In this document: positions 54,837-63,947 of the stretch, piece after piece
Numbering within the stretch: the first letter of the stretch is position 1
Layout of the letters: the number at the start of each line of letters is the position of its first letter
From: Parcubacteria group bacterium
GTDB taxonomy: Bacteria > Patescibacteriota > Minisyncoccia > Minisyncoccales > UBA10102
Reading direction: 5' to 3'
Length of the DNA stretch: 64,000 nucleotides
Assembly (NCBI GenBank): GCA_016203945.1
Contig: JACQLT010000003.1
Location: forward strand, 10,958-74,957
Translations under genes and position numbers: made by a program
The notes under the pieces: model-generated
What the model saw: only the letters and a program-made list of their open reading frames with translations
Database searches by the model: none
What the model was told of the DNA's origin: nothing

Positions 54837-55148
54837 TTACGCAGCAATAGTGACAATCTCTACCTCAGTGAAGGGCTGCTTATGCCCCAGTTTCTTTTTG
54901 TAGCGCTTCTTTGCTTTGAACTTTATGGTCATGACCTTCTTGGCTCTCCCCTGCCTCACTACCTTTCCGAATACCTTAGCTCCTGCTATGACCGGAGTCC
55001 CGATGTCTACATCCTGGCCCTTTTCTGCCAGAAGCACTTGATCAAATACCACCTCGCTCCCGGCTTCTTGCGGGAGCTTTTCAATCTTGATGGTCTTTCC
55101 GGGTTCAACAATATATTGCTTCCCACCCGTTTTTATCACAGCGAACAT
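54837..55148 (-). CDS. rplU: 50S ribosomal protein L21
   Basis: MFAVIKTGGKQYIVEPGKTIKIEKL. Confidence 0.92.
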   Translation of the reverse strand: MFAVIKTGGKQYIVEPGKTIKIEKLPQEAGSEVVFDQVLLAEKGQDVDIGTPVIAGAKVFGKVVRQGRAKKVMTIKFKAKKRYKKKLGHKQPFTEVEIVTIAA

Positions 55149-55189
55149 ATCTGGTATCTTATACCGACTCAGGTTCCAAGTCAATAAAC

Positions 55190-56209
55190 CTATTCTTTCT
55201 CGGGGCCCTGGATTTCAGCTGCCTTAATATCTCCCGACTGCCCCGTGATCTTCAGCACATCCTTATCAATCTTCCCCAGCTCCCGATACGCCGCATTGTA
55301 CGCATTCACGCTTGTACCCAAGTGCCCTCCAAGCTTCTGCATATAGGATTCATGGCTCACGATATGTCTGCCCAGATCTTCCACGCGCTTTCTAATGACC
55401 TTGGTTGATTCTTCTATCTGCAGAGCCCTAAGCCCCTGGAGCACGGTTTGCAGGTATGCGAGAAAAGACGTGGGGGAAACAATGATCACCTTTTTCTGAA
55501 AGGCGTACTGGATAAGGTCCTTTGCCTCAACAGCCCCCACCTTGTTGATGAGCACGTCATAGAACACGGCTTCAGAAGGTATGAACATGAAGGCAAAGTC
55601 CAGGGTTCCCTCTTCTGGCTTTACATATTTTGAGGTTTCGTCAATGCGATTCTTGAGATCTTGCCTGAAGAGCTTTTCAAACCTTTCTTTTTTTTCTTGC
55701 TCTCTGGTTTCTGCCATGCGGTTGTAGTTCTCCAGAGAGAACTTGGAGTCTACGGGAATCACCTTGTCCTGGACAATGATCGCAGCGTCAACTACGGTGC
55801 CGTCCCTGAACGCATACTGCAGCCGAAAGGCTCCCGGAGGCAAAACGTTCTTGAGCACGGTTTCCAGATAGTACTCTCCCAGTACTCCCCGCTGCTTTGG
55901 ATTCTGAAGGATATCCTGTAAAGACTGCAGCTGGTCTGCGAAGTTCACCACCTGCTTCTGTCCTTCATTCACGCGTACCAGTTCTCGGGTGATTTCTCGG
56001 ATGATTTTCGCACTTTCTCCGAACTGGGTTTGAATCAGACGGGCCGATTCTCCGAGCCTGCTGTCCAAAGTCCTGGTAATCTCGTTGAGCTGGTTTTGCA
56101 AGAACGCTACATCTCCTCTCCCTCTATTCTTTTGAAAAAGGAGCATCGCAACAAGCCCCACGCCCGCGAGAATCAATATTGCGATTAACCCTATGAGAAC
56201 AGCCTCCAT
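55190..56209 (-). CDS. rmuC: DNA recombination protein RmuC
   Basis: N-terminal TM and coiled coil, followed by the RmuC core (QRGVLGEYYLETVL, PVDSKFSLENY). Confidence 0.88.
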   Translation of the reverse strand: MEAVLIGLIAILILAGVGLVAMLLFQKNRGRGDVAFLQNQLNEITRTLDSRLGESARLIQTQFGESAKIIREITRELVRVNEGQKQVVNFADQLQSLQDILQNPKQRGVLGEYYLETVLKNVLPPGAFRLQYAFRDGTVVDAAIIVQDKVIPVDSKFSLENYNRMAETREQEKKERFEKLFRQDLKNRIDETSKYVKPEEGTLDFAFMFIPSEAVFYDVLINKVGAVEAKDLIQYAFQKKVIIVSPTSFLAYLQTVLQGLRALQIEESTKVIRKRVEDLGRHIVSHESYMQKLGGHLGTSVNAYNAAYRELGKIDKDVLKITGQSGDIKAAEIQGPEKE

Positions 56210-56218
56210 GTTTCTATT

Positions 56219-57208
56219 CTACGGGGTGAGGCCGATGAAGGGAAGGATGGCGTGACGGAATATTTCTGTGAGCACGAATATGACATAGAGCGCCAAGAGA
56301 ATAGACGCCTCGCCTAAGGTCACCTTTCTGTCGCTTCGTACGAAGAGGAAAAAGAAAAGAGCAGAAACAACGAGAAAGACCCGCGCGATGGCAAACGGAG
56401 AGAAGTCTGAAATCACAATAGGCTCAATGAGTGCCACAACTCCCAATACGAATGTCGAGATAACGATGACAGAACCCATCATCTCTCCCAACACAACCCG
56501 GTATCTTCCCCTGCGGGCCGCTGCAATGCCAAAATACAGCTCTGGCAGAGCGCTCCCCATGCCAATCACAAGAATTCCAATCAAAGGAATGGGGAGCTCA
56601 AAGGAGTCTGCAAAATATTTGGCGGCCCGCACCACGCCCTCCGCAGAAAGAAACATAAGAAAGACGCCTCCTGCGATTTGTGAAATCATAAAGAAAAACC
56701 TTTTGAAGTTCTTGACGGGCTGCTCCTCTGCCGGGTGATGGTTGAATATTTCAGGATGGGTTTTTCTCTTGGAAAATAGCCAGAATGAATAGAAGAAAAA
56801 CACGAACAAAAGCACTGCGGCATCTCCCCTGCCCAATGACCCGTCCATAATGAGCAGAATGGGCAGTACGGCCACAACCGAGGTAATGAGCGAGGAAACC
56901 TGCACGGTATTGCTTGGGACAGACATATGTTTTCCGATAATGCCAGCGAGGGCCATCACAAGCGTCAAGTCAATGACGCTGTTTCCCATTACGTCTCCGA
57001 ATGAAAGTTCCGGAATGCCGTGAAGCGCAGATGATATTCCAACAAACAAGTTGGGAATGGAAGAAGCGATTGCCATGACAAAAAAGGCAATGACAAACTC
57101 TTGCCACTGAAGGTATCGGGCGATGAAAATGATGCCTCGTACGATCTGATTGGCGGCAATGAACAAGAGGACTCCCGAACCCACTAAAAGAAAGAAATAC
57201 GGAATCAT
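56219..57208 (-). CDS. Ca2+/Na+ antiporter (CaCA family)
   Basis: Two alpha-repeats (GDVMGNSVIDLTL and GSALPELYFGIAAA...GEMMGSVIV). Confidence 0.85.
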   Translation of the reverse strand: MIPYFFLLVGSGVLLFIAANQIVRGIIFIARYLQWQEFVIAFFVMAIASSIPNLFVGISSALHGIPELSFGDVMGNSVIDLTLVMALAGIIGKHMSVPSNTVQVSSLITSVVAVLPILLIMDGSLGRGDAAVLLFVFFFYSFWLFSKRKTHPEIFNHHPAEEQPVKNFKRFFFMISQIAGGVFLMFLSAEGVVRAAKYFADSFELPIPLIGILVIGMGSALPELYFGIAAARRGRYRVVLGEMMGSVIVISTFVLGVVALIEPIVISDFSPFAIARVFLVVSALFFFLFVRSDRKVTLGEASILLALYVIFVLTEIFRHAILPFIGLTP

Positions 57209-59814
57209 GCGCGTGTTTTTTTAATGAAACCCCATTTTGCCAATTCAATCAAGGCAATGTTTGCGACTCCTAAGCCCGCCAGCAGCATCCAGTCAAATAT
57301 CCGTAAGGGCGCAAGCCCAAGAATATTCTGCGTGAACGGCACGTATACGGGCAAGACAAAGAGCGCGATTCCGATAAAGACACTGAGCGTCAAGAAACGG
57401 TTATCCAATACATTGTACTGCCATATATTCTTCCTGAGATTCTTGCATGAGAATACGAAGAATAGGGAGTTGATTCCCAGGCCGATAAATACCAGCGTGC
57501 GCACGTGCTCCAAAGAAACGACTTGATATTTCCAGAACCAGACAAAGAGCAGGAGCAGAAGGATGTCGGTGACGATGCCGATGATAAATATGATGACTCG
57601 CATTTCTAGGGTAAGAAGCGAAGATCGCTTTTTCTCCGGCTTGCGCTGCATGACGTTCTCATCTGTCTTTTCAAATGCGAGAGCCAAGGCGGGAGGCCCG
57701 TCCCCAATGACGTTGATCCACAGGATCTGGAGGGCGGTGATGGGGAGCGGGAGCCCCAGCGCAAGAGAGCTACCTATGAGGATGACTTCCGTAAAGGATC
57801 CCGAGAGCAGGTAGGTTATCACCTTCCGTATGTTGTCCACGATGCCTCTCCCTTCCCTGATGGCAGCCGGAATGATTTTGAAGTCGTCTCCGAGAAGCAC
57901 CAGGTCTGCCACCTCTTTGGCAATGTCGGTCCCGGATCCCAACGCAATGCCGATATCCGCCTTCTTGAGGGCCGGAGAATCGTTGACCCCGTCTCCGGTC
58001 ATTGCGATGACCTCTCCCCTTGCCTGCCAGGCCTCAACGATCCTGAGTTTGTGGCTGGGCTCCACGCGCGCATAGACGAAAAGGTCGTCCAGCCGTTTCT
58101 GGAGCTGTTCGTCAGAAAGTCGCTCAAGTTCTTTCCCCTCAATGCAATTGTCGTCTGTTGCGGGAATGTTGATTTCTCTCGCTACTGCCTGGGCCGTAAG
58201 AAGATGATCTCCGGTAACGATGATGGTGCGGATACCAGCTTGTTTTGCTGATGCTATCGCCCCTTCTACCCCTTTTCTGATGGGATCTTTTAGACCGATG
58301 AGTCCTGCAAAAGTCAGGTTCCTGATCTCTTCTTTTGCGGCCTTGATAGCCTCTCGGCCCAATTCGCTCGCCTTGAATTCCTTGAGGGCAAACCCGATGA
58401 CACGAAGGCCCTTGCCGGCAAGCTCCCGTATCTTCGCGTCCAACTCATCCTTTTCTTTTTTTGTTCCCGCCGAGATCTCAAGAAGGGCGTCCGGAGCCCC
58501 TGAGACGTACATGAAAAGACGCCCGTCCTTTTTGTGCAAACTTCCCACGTATTTCTCTTGGTGGGTAAAGGGGATGCGCAGTACGAGAGGGTATTGCTTT
58601 TCCAGCTGGTCCTTGAGAAGACCTGCTTCCATGGCAGCTTCCAAGAGAGCCCGTTCTGTAGGACGGCCTACGACGACACGCTTTTCAAACATTGCTTCCG
58701 GGTTTTCAACGAACGCCTCGTTCGCAAGGGCTGCTATGACAAGAACCGATTGATGATCTCCTCTGATGGAAAATATCTCTCCTACCTCCATGCGTCCCTC
58801 GGTGAGCGTAAGAGTCTTGTCCGTTGCGATGACGGTGGCAGATCCCAGGGTCTCTGCCGCGGTGAGCCTTCGCACCAGCCCCTTTTTGCGCAGAATCTTC
58901 TGCATGCCCAGAGCCAGCACAACGGTGATGGCAAGTGGCAAGCCTTCGGGAACCGCGGCAACCGCCACTGCCACCGCTATGAGAAACATATCTGCCGGGT
59001 TCTGGTTCGTGAATATTCCCTGCAAAAACAGCAAAGCGGCAGCAACAGCTACCATGCCACTTATCACCCACGAGAATGCCGCGAGCTTTCGCTGATACGG
59101 GGTCTTCTCTTCTGTAATTTCTCGCAGCGAAGAAGCGATGTGTCCGAGTTCCGTACGGAGGCCGATTTCAACGACAATTGCCTTCCCGTTTCCTTCCTCT
59201 GCCACGGTACCCATGTATACCATGCAGTTACGGTCGGCGAGAGAAGCTCCAGCAGGAACTGGCTGCGGAGTTTTAGGAGAAGCGATCCATTCGCCGGTCA
59301 ACACGGCTTCATTCACCTGCAGCCCGACGCTTTCAATGACACGGGCATCAGCTGCAATAGTATTGCCTGGGGTCAAGAACAGGATGTCTCCCGGAACCAA
59401 TTCTTTCTGGAAAATCTCTTTCTCATGGCCTGCGCGTATGACTCGAGCCTTGAACTGCAAGACTCCCCGAAGCTTGCTCAGGGCTTTCTGCGCCCGGTAC
59501 TCCTGCACGTGGCTGATGAGAGCGTTCAACAGAAGCGCCGCGGTAATGACAAGAGTATTCGTATATTCTCTCAAGAACAGCGTGATGATTACTGCCCCAA
59601 GGAGAATGAGAATGAGGGGGTTCTTGAACTGACGAAGGAATACAACAGCTTGCGAAGGGAGCTTTTCCTCGGGGAGCTTGTTCTCTCCGCTCTGCCTTCT
59701 GCGTTTTTCCACCCCCTCTTCGGTGAGCCCCACGAGAACGTTTGTCGCAAGCTTGCGTTCCGTCTCCTGCCACGAGAGCGCGTGCCATTGAGTGCGTCCT
59801 AAAGCTGAGTTCAT
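57205..59814 (-). CDS. P-type cation ATPase (P2, Ca2+-type)
   Basis: LTGEW, phosphorylation site read as DKTLTLT, VSGAPD, VTGDH and MTGDGVNDSPALKKADIG. The stop overlaps the CaCA gene start. Confidence 0.93.
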   Translation of the reverse strand: MNSALGRTQWHALSWQETERKLATNVLVGLTEEGVEKRRRQSGENKLPEEKLPSQAVVFLRQFKNPLILILLGAVIITLFLREYTNTLVITAALLLNALISHVQEYRAQKALSKLRGVLQFKARVIRAGHEKEIFQKELVPGDILFLTPGNTIAADARVIESVGLQVNEAVLTGEWIASPKTPQPVPAGASLADRNCMVYMGTVAEEGNGKAIVVEIGLRTELGHIASSLREITEEKTPYQRKLAAFSWVISGMVAVAAALLFLQGIFTNQNPADMFLIAVAVAVAAVPEGLPLAITVVLALGMQKILRKKGLVRRLTAAETLGSATVIATDKTLTLTEGRMEVGEIFSIRGDHQSVLVIAALANEAFVENPEAMFEKRVVVGRPTERALLEAAMEAGLLKDQLEKQYPLVLRIPFTHQEKYVGSLHKKDGRLFMYVSGAPDALLEISAGTKKEKDELDAKIRELAGKGLRVIGFALKEFKASELGREAIKAAKEEIRNLTFAGLIGLKDPIRKGVEGAIASAKQAGIRTIIVTGDHLLTAQAVAREINIPATDDNCIEGKELERLSDEQLQKRLDDLFVYARVEPSHKLRIVEAWQARGEVIAMTGDGVNDSPALKKADIGIALGSGTDIAKEVADLVLLGDDFKIIPAAIREGRGIVDNIRKVITYLLSGSFTEVILIGSSLALGLPLPITALQILWINVIGDGPPALALAFEKTDENVMQRKPEKKRSSLLTLEMRVIIFIIGIVTDILLLLLFVWFWKYQVVSLEHVRTLVFIGLGINSLFFVFSCKNLRKNIWQYNVLDNRFLTLSVFIGIALFVLPVYVPFTQNILGLAPLRIFDWMLLAGLGVANIALIELAKWGFIKKTRA

Positions 59815-59871
59815 ATATTTGTTCAGTATATACGAAAAAACGGCCCGTTGAAACCGTTCTGTTCGTTAGTG

Positions 59872-59946
59872 CGGCCTCATCGGGATTTGAACCCGAGTTC
59901 CCAGAATGAGAATCTGGTGTCCTAGACCAGGCTAGACGATGAGGCC
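59872..59946 (-). tRNA. tRNA-Glu (anticodon CUC)
   Basis: Read on the minus strand: acceptor GGCCTCA/TGAGGCC, anticodon arm CCAGA-TTCTCAT-TCTGG, T arm TCGGG-TTCAAAT-CCCGA. Confidence 0.9.
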
Positions 59947-59976
59947 ATGAAAGGAGAGGCGGACGGCACTATCTTC

Positions 59977-60261
59977 CTACTCCCCCTCCAGATATTTTTG
60001 AATTGCATAGATCCTCCCTGCAGCGTCTTCTCCGCTGATGAACTGGGCTACGCGGACGAGATCTGCCTCGCGGGCTCCCGCCCTAAGGAGACGCTGCTTC
60101 CGCGTAGAGAATACTGTGAAGGTCTGTCCGGTATTGCCGCCTTCCTGGAGAGCTTTCCGGTGTTCAAGCACGGCTCCCACGTATCTCTTCCAGAGAGACG
60201 GTTTATTGGGCCGCGCTGTCAGTTCAAGAAGTAACTTCAGACGATCCTCTTGAATCACCAT
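59977..60261 (-). CDS. Hypothetical 94-aa protein
   Basis: AGGGAG lies 5 nt before ATG 60261. The gene looks GC-rich by eye and ends 30 nt from the tRNA-Glu 5' end. Confidence 0.4.
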   Translation of the reverse strand: MVIQEDRLKLLLELTARPNKPSLWKRYVGAVLEHRKALQEGGNTGQTFTVFSTRKQRLLRAGAREADLVRVAQFISGEDAAGRIYAIQKYLEGE

Positions 60262-60406
60262 GCCTTCTCCCTTCTTGGAAGAGAGAGCTGGAGGTGCCGC
60301 CCGCCTGCTCTGCGCCAACCCTACCACAGGAAACGCGCTCGCTCAACCCATTCGATCAGGGTTGAGGTTCGTAATATGAACCACTTACTTCGCTCAGAAC
60401 CATATA

Positions 60407-62107
60407 TTACTCAGTGACGTTCGTAATATCAGGAGGGATCTGATAGTAGTCAATGATATATTTGGCAAGATCGTGGAATACAGGGATTGCGGAGTATTCC
60501 GCGGTCCGCGTTTTTGGGTTGTTAATCTTCACCATGAGCATAAAGCGTGGGTTGAATGCGGGAGCGTATCCGATGAACGATTGCACGGTTTCTTGAGAAT
60601 ATCCGGGCTTTGCAATGCCCAGGGCGGAATACGCGACCTGCGCGGTTCCGGTCTTTCCCGCAATGTGATAGCCAGGGATGCGGGCGCGCTTGCCAAACCC
60701 CTCTTCAACGACGGATGCCAGCATGGAGGTGACCGTTGCTGCGGTCTCTTCGCTCATCACGCGAATTTGCTGCCTGGCATGGGATTTAGGAACTATCTCT
60801 GTCCCACGCTCCAGGATTGTCTCTGCGATGACGGGGTTCACCATCATTCCCTTGTTCGCAATCGCAGAGAATGCCCTGAGTATCTGGAGAGGGTTCATCT
60901 CAACGCCTTGGCCGAATGCCGCCGTGGCAAAAGAAACGATATGCCCCTTTTTTAATTCCTGGTTTGCGGAATATGTTTCTCCCGCAAGGTCTATGCCCGT
61001 CTGCTCAAATATGCCGAATCGTTTGATGAAATCCAGAAAGTTTTGGTGGCCGAGCTGCTCCTCTGCGAATACGGCTCCCGTGTTAATGGAGAACTCCAGC
61101 ACCTGGCGCATCGTCTGCACGCCGTAGCTCCGATTGTCATAGTTCCTGATTATTTCTCCCCCGCGCTCCAGCATGCCTTGGTCTTGGTATGTGGTATCTG
61201 GAGTCACCTTTCCTTTTTCTATCGCTCCTGCCATAGTGAGGGGTTTGAAAACGGATCCCGGCTCAAAGAGCTTTTCTATAACGGGGTTCTGAAACCGTTC
61301 CAGATTTGATACTGAACCGAATGCGTTCGGATCAAAATCAGGGGTGCTTGCCATGGCAAGAATCTTCCCGCTCGCAGGATCCATAACAACAATACTCCCC
61401 TCTTTCGCTTCCAGGTCCGCAACCGCTTTTTTCAAGAGTTCTTCCGCCTTAGTCTGAATACGCAAATCCAGGGTCAGAATGACGTCAGATCCGTCTTGCA
61501 CAGTGTCTTGCGAAGAAAACAGGTATCCTCCGGGATTGGGGCTGGCGGTCGCGATTCCTTCTTTTCCTTCCAGGAAAGAGTTGTAGTATTCTTCAACTCC
61601 GTACTGTCCCTTCCCTTCTTGATTGGTAAAGCCGAGAACGTGGGCAGCCAGGCTTCCTTGGGGATAGAAGCGGACCGCGTCTTCTCCCACGTATACGCCC
61701 TTAACCCGGGCTTTTGTAATACTTTGCGCCTGCTCTGAAGAAACATTTTTCAAGATGAGTTCGTACAAGCTTTCCTCCTCATCCATTTTTTTTATAATCT
61801 CAGATTCCGGGATAAGAAGCGTGGAGCTGAGCAGCAGGGCAGCCTGTTCTCTGTCTTCTATCTCAACCGGAGAGATGAATACGAAGGGAATCTTTCTGAT
61901 GGTGGCAAGCTGATAGAGAGCGCCCTCTTTGTCTTTCACAAAGATTTGTCCGCGCTCCCCTTTGGCCAGAGAGCTCAGATTCTGCTGACCCTGAGCCAAG
62001 GCTTTGTAAAATCCCTGGTTGAGAATCTGGAGGTATGCCAAGCGCCCGATAATGACAATGGCGAGGAGCGCCACTCCCGCCATGAGTAATCGAATCCTCC
62101 AATGCAT
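60407..62107 (-). CDS. ftsI: Penicillin-binding protein 2/FtsI (class B transpeptidase)
   Basis: N-terminal TM and dimerisation domain, then SxxK (SVFKP), SxN (SIN) and KTGT. Confidence 0.9.
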   Translation of the reverse strand: MHWRIRLLMAGVALLAIVIIGRLAYLQILNQGFYKALAQGQQNLSSLAKGERGQIFVKDKEGALYQLATIRKIPFVFISPVEIEDREQAALLLSSTLLIPESEIIKKMDEEESLYELILKNVSSEQAQSITKARVKGVYVGEDAVRFYPQGSLAAHVLGFTNQEGKGQYGVEEYYNSFLEGKEGIATASPNPGGYLFSSQDTVQDGSDVILTLDLRIQTKAEELLKKAVADLEAKEGSIVVMDPASGKILAMASTPDFDPNAFGSVSNLERFQNPVIEKLFEPGSVFKPLTMAGAIEKGKVTPDTTYQDQGMLERGGEIIRNYDNRSYGVQTMRQVLEFSINTGAVFAEEQLGHQNFLDFIKRFGIFEQTGIDLAGETYSANQELKKGHIVSFATAAFGQGVEMNPLQILRAFSAIANKGMMVNPVIAETILERGTEIVPKSHARQQIRVMSEETAATVTSMLASVVEEGFGKRARIPGYHIAGKTGTAQVAYSALGIAKPGYSQETVQSFIGYAPAFNPRFMLMVKINNPKTRTAEYSAIPVFHDLAKYIIDYYQIPPDITNVTE

Positions 62108-62109
62108 CG

Positions 62110-62418
62110 CTATTGATTTCGGGCAACCACTTCTCCGCCGATTTTGATGTAGTTCACGCTAGTCACCCGCTCAAAACGAAGTAGCTGCGCCATGTGTTCC
62201 AATTGAGGAGTTGAGAACGTCTCGCCAGATAGCTGCTCGAGGGTTGCCGTCTCTTTGTCCAGGGTTTGGACCTGCTCTCGGTATTCTGCGGCCTGGTATG
62301 TGAGCTCAACGAGCTTGTTTATTTGTACGATGTACATGAGAGAAAGGGCGCACACAATGGTTCCCAAGGCGGCCCATGATATTTTGCTGGAAGGAGCAGA
62401 AAGGATGTATGTATTCAT
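62110..62418 (-). CDS. ftsL: FtsL-like cell division protein
   Basis: 102 aa with a single TM and a coiled coil. It sits between rsmH and ftsI. Confidence 0.6.
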   Translation of the reverse strand: MNTYILSAPSSKISWAALGTIVCALSLMYIVQINKLVELTYQAAEYREQVQTLDKETATLEQLSGETFSTPQLEHMAQLLRFERVTSVNYIKIGGEVVARNQ

Positions 62419-62472
62419 GATAGTTTGAGCGTTAGCGAGAACTATATGGTTCTGAGCGATAGCGAATGGTTC

Positions 62473-63351
62473 TTATGATTTGACTGCGACTCGCAATTTT
62501 GCCGACCTTGCCTTGGGATTGCCTCGAACCTCCCGCAGGGACGCCATAACGGGTTTCCTGGTTATTGGTGTTAAAGAAGAGGTGGTATTGAAGAAGCGTT
62601 TTACAATCCTGTCTTCCAAAGAATGAAAGGAGATGACGGCTATCCTTCCTCCTGCAGATGCCACCGCGTGAGCCGCTTCCAATCCTTTCTCCAGATTTTC
62701 TAATTCGTTGTTCGTTGCGATTCTCAACGCCTGGAACGTTCTTGTGGCTGCGTGGATGCGTCCCCCAAGGAATCGCTTTGGCACCGCGCTCTCAATGATG
62801 CTGACCAGCTGACGGGTTCTTGTAATCTGGCGGCTGCTTCTCTCTTGAATGATGCGGCCTGCTATCTGACGCCAGAACCGTTCTTCTCCGTAGATCTTCA
62901 GAATCCGTTCCAGCTCGGGGCGGCTCTGGTAGTTTACGATTTTCTCGGCCGTCACCGGATTCGTGGAGCTATAGCGCATATCCAGCGGACCGTCTTTCTG
63001 AAACGAGAATCCGCGCTTAGTTGTCTCCATCTGCGAAGTTGAGAATCCAAGATCAAAGAGAATGCCATGGATTCTATGAAACTTTTCTCGTGCCGCTATT
63101 TCTTGCATATTGGCGAAGTTATCTTGCACAAGGGCTGCTCGGCTGCTCAAGCCCGAGGACTTCAGGCTGGCTGCCGCTGTTTTAATGGAGGCCTCGTCCC
63201 AATCAATGCCAAGGAGCTTTCCTTTGGGCGCCGTCCTTTCCAATATCAGAGTTGCGTGCCCTCCGTTTCCCAGCGTGCAGTCAATGAAATTCTCGTTCTC
63301 TTTTGGATCAAGTAGTTTCATAAGTTCTTCTGTGAGTACGGGTATGTGCAT
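62473..63351 (-). CDS. rsmH: 16S rRNA m4C1402 methyltransferase
   Basis: MHIPVLTEE and DCTLGNGGHA. The start is taken at ATG 63351. Confidence 0.93.
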   Translation of the reverse strand: MHIPVLTEELMKLLDPKENENFIDCTLGNGGHATLILERTAPKGKLLGIDWDEASIKTAAASLKSSGLSSRAALVQDNFANMQEIAAREKFHRIHGILFDLGFSTSQMETTKRGFSFQKDGPLDMRYSSTNPVTAEKIVNYQSRPELERILKIYGEERFWRQIAGRIIQERSSRQITRTRQLVSIIESAVPKRFLGGRIHAATRTFQALRIATNNELENLEKGLEAAHAVASAGGRIAVISFHSLEDRIVKRFFNTTSSLTPITRKPVMASLREVRGNPKARSAKLRVAVKS

Positions 63352-63353
63352 GG

Positions 63354-63785
63354 CTAAAGTCCAAGTTCTTTCAAACGCTCTGATATGTCCCCCGCTTCGT
63401 TCTCGACCTTCTCTTTGTATTCCTGCCACTTTTGCTCATCCCAAATCTCCATGCGGTCATATACTCCTGCCACGACCACCTTCTTTTGAAGCGCTGCGTA
63501 TGACTTCAAGCGGTCAGGGACTAGAATCCTTCCCAGGTTATCCAGTTCGACATCCCAGGCGCCCGTGAGCATGAGCCTGGCAATTCCTCTGGCGTCTGCT
63601 TGGGCAAGCGGGAGCTTGCTCAGTTTTCCTGCTTGTTCTTCCCATGCCTTGATGGGATACAGGAAAAGACACTGATCAAGCCCCCTGGTGATGACCGCCT
63701 TCTTGCCTAAGGCAGAACGGAACTTTGGGGGTATTGCCAATCTTTTTTTCTCGTCTATGACGTACGTGTATTCTCCGATAAACAT
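63354..63785 (-). CDS. mraZ: Transcriptional regulator MraZ
   Basis: MFIGEYTYVIDEKKRLAIPPKFR and the second SpoVT/AbrB-like repeat (DNLGRILVP). Confidence 0.93.
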   Translation of the reverse strand: MFIGEYTYVIDEKKRLAIPPKFRSALGKKAVITRGLDQCLFLYPIKAWEEQAGKLSKLPLAQADARGIARLMLTGAWDVELDNLGRILVPDRLKSYAALQKKVVVAGVYDRMEIWDEQKWQEYKEKVENEAGDISERLKELGL

Positions 63786-63808
63786 ATCCTTGACCTGACC
63801 CGGTCTAG

Positions 63809-63947
63809 TTATCCACAGTTTGGCTCAGTTATCCCCACTTTTATCCACAACTCTCCCCTATATTCCCACAATATGCCACCTATGTATGCCAGTCAACCAC
63901 ATATAGACACTCATAAATCCCCGTTCAAACCGGATAGTTCTCCACAT
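63809..63947 (-). promoter_or_regulatory. Phased array of GTGG(A/G) boxes upstream of mraZ (putative MraZ operator)
   Basis: CCAC cores at 63813, 63835, 63845, 63866, 63876, 63897 and 63942, with spacings of 22, 10, 21, 10, 21 and 45 nt. Two boxes are exact TTATCCACA. Confidence 0.55.

Noticed and set aside
63809-63849. The cluster of exact DnaA boxes interpreted as oriC.
   Set aside because: Not adopted as the primary call. The boxes lie in the mraZ promoter with the roughly 10.5-nt phasing expected for MraZ. No dnaA/dnaN or AT-rich unwinding element is visible before the window ends. It cannot be excluded without flanking sequence and GC skew.
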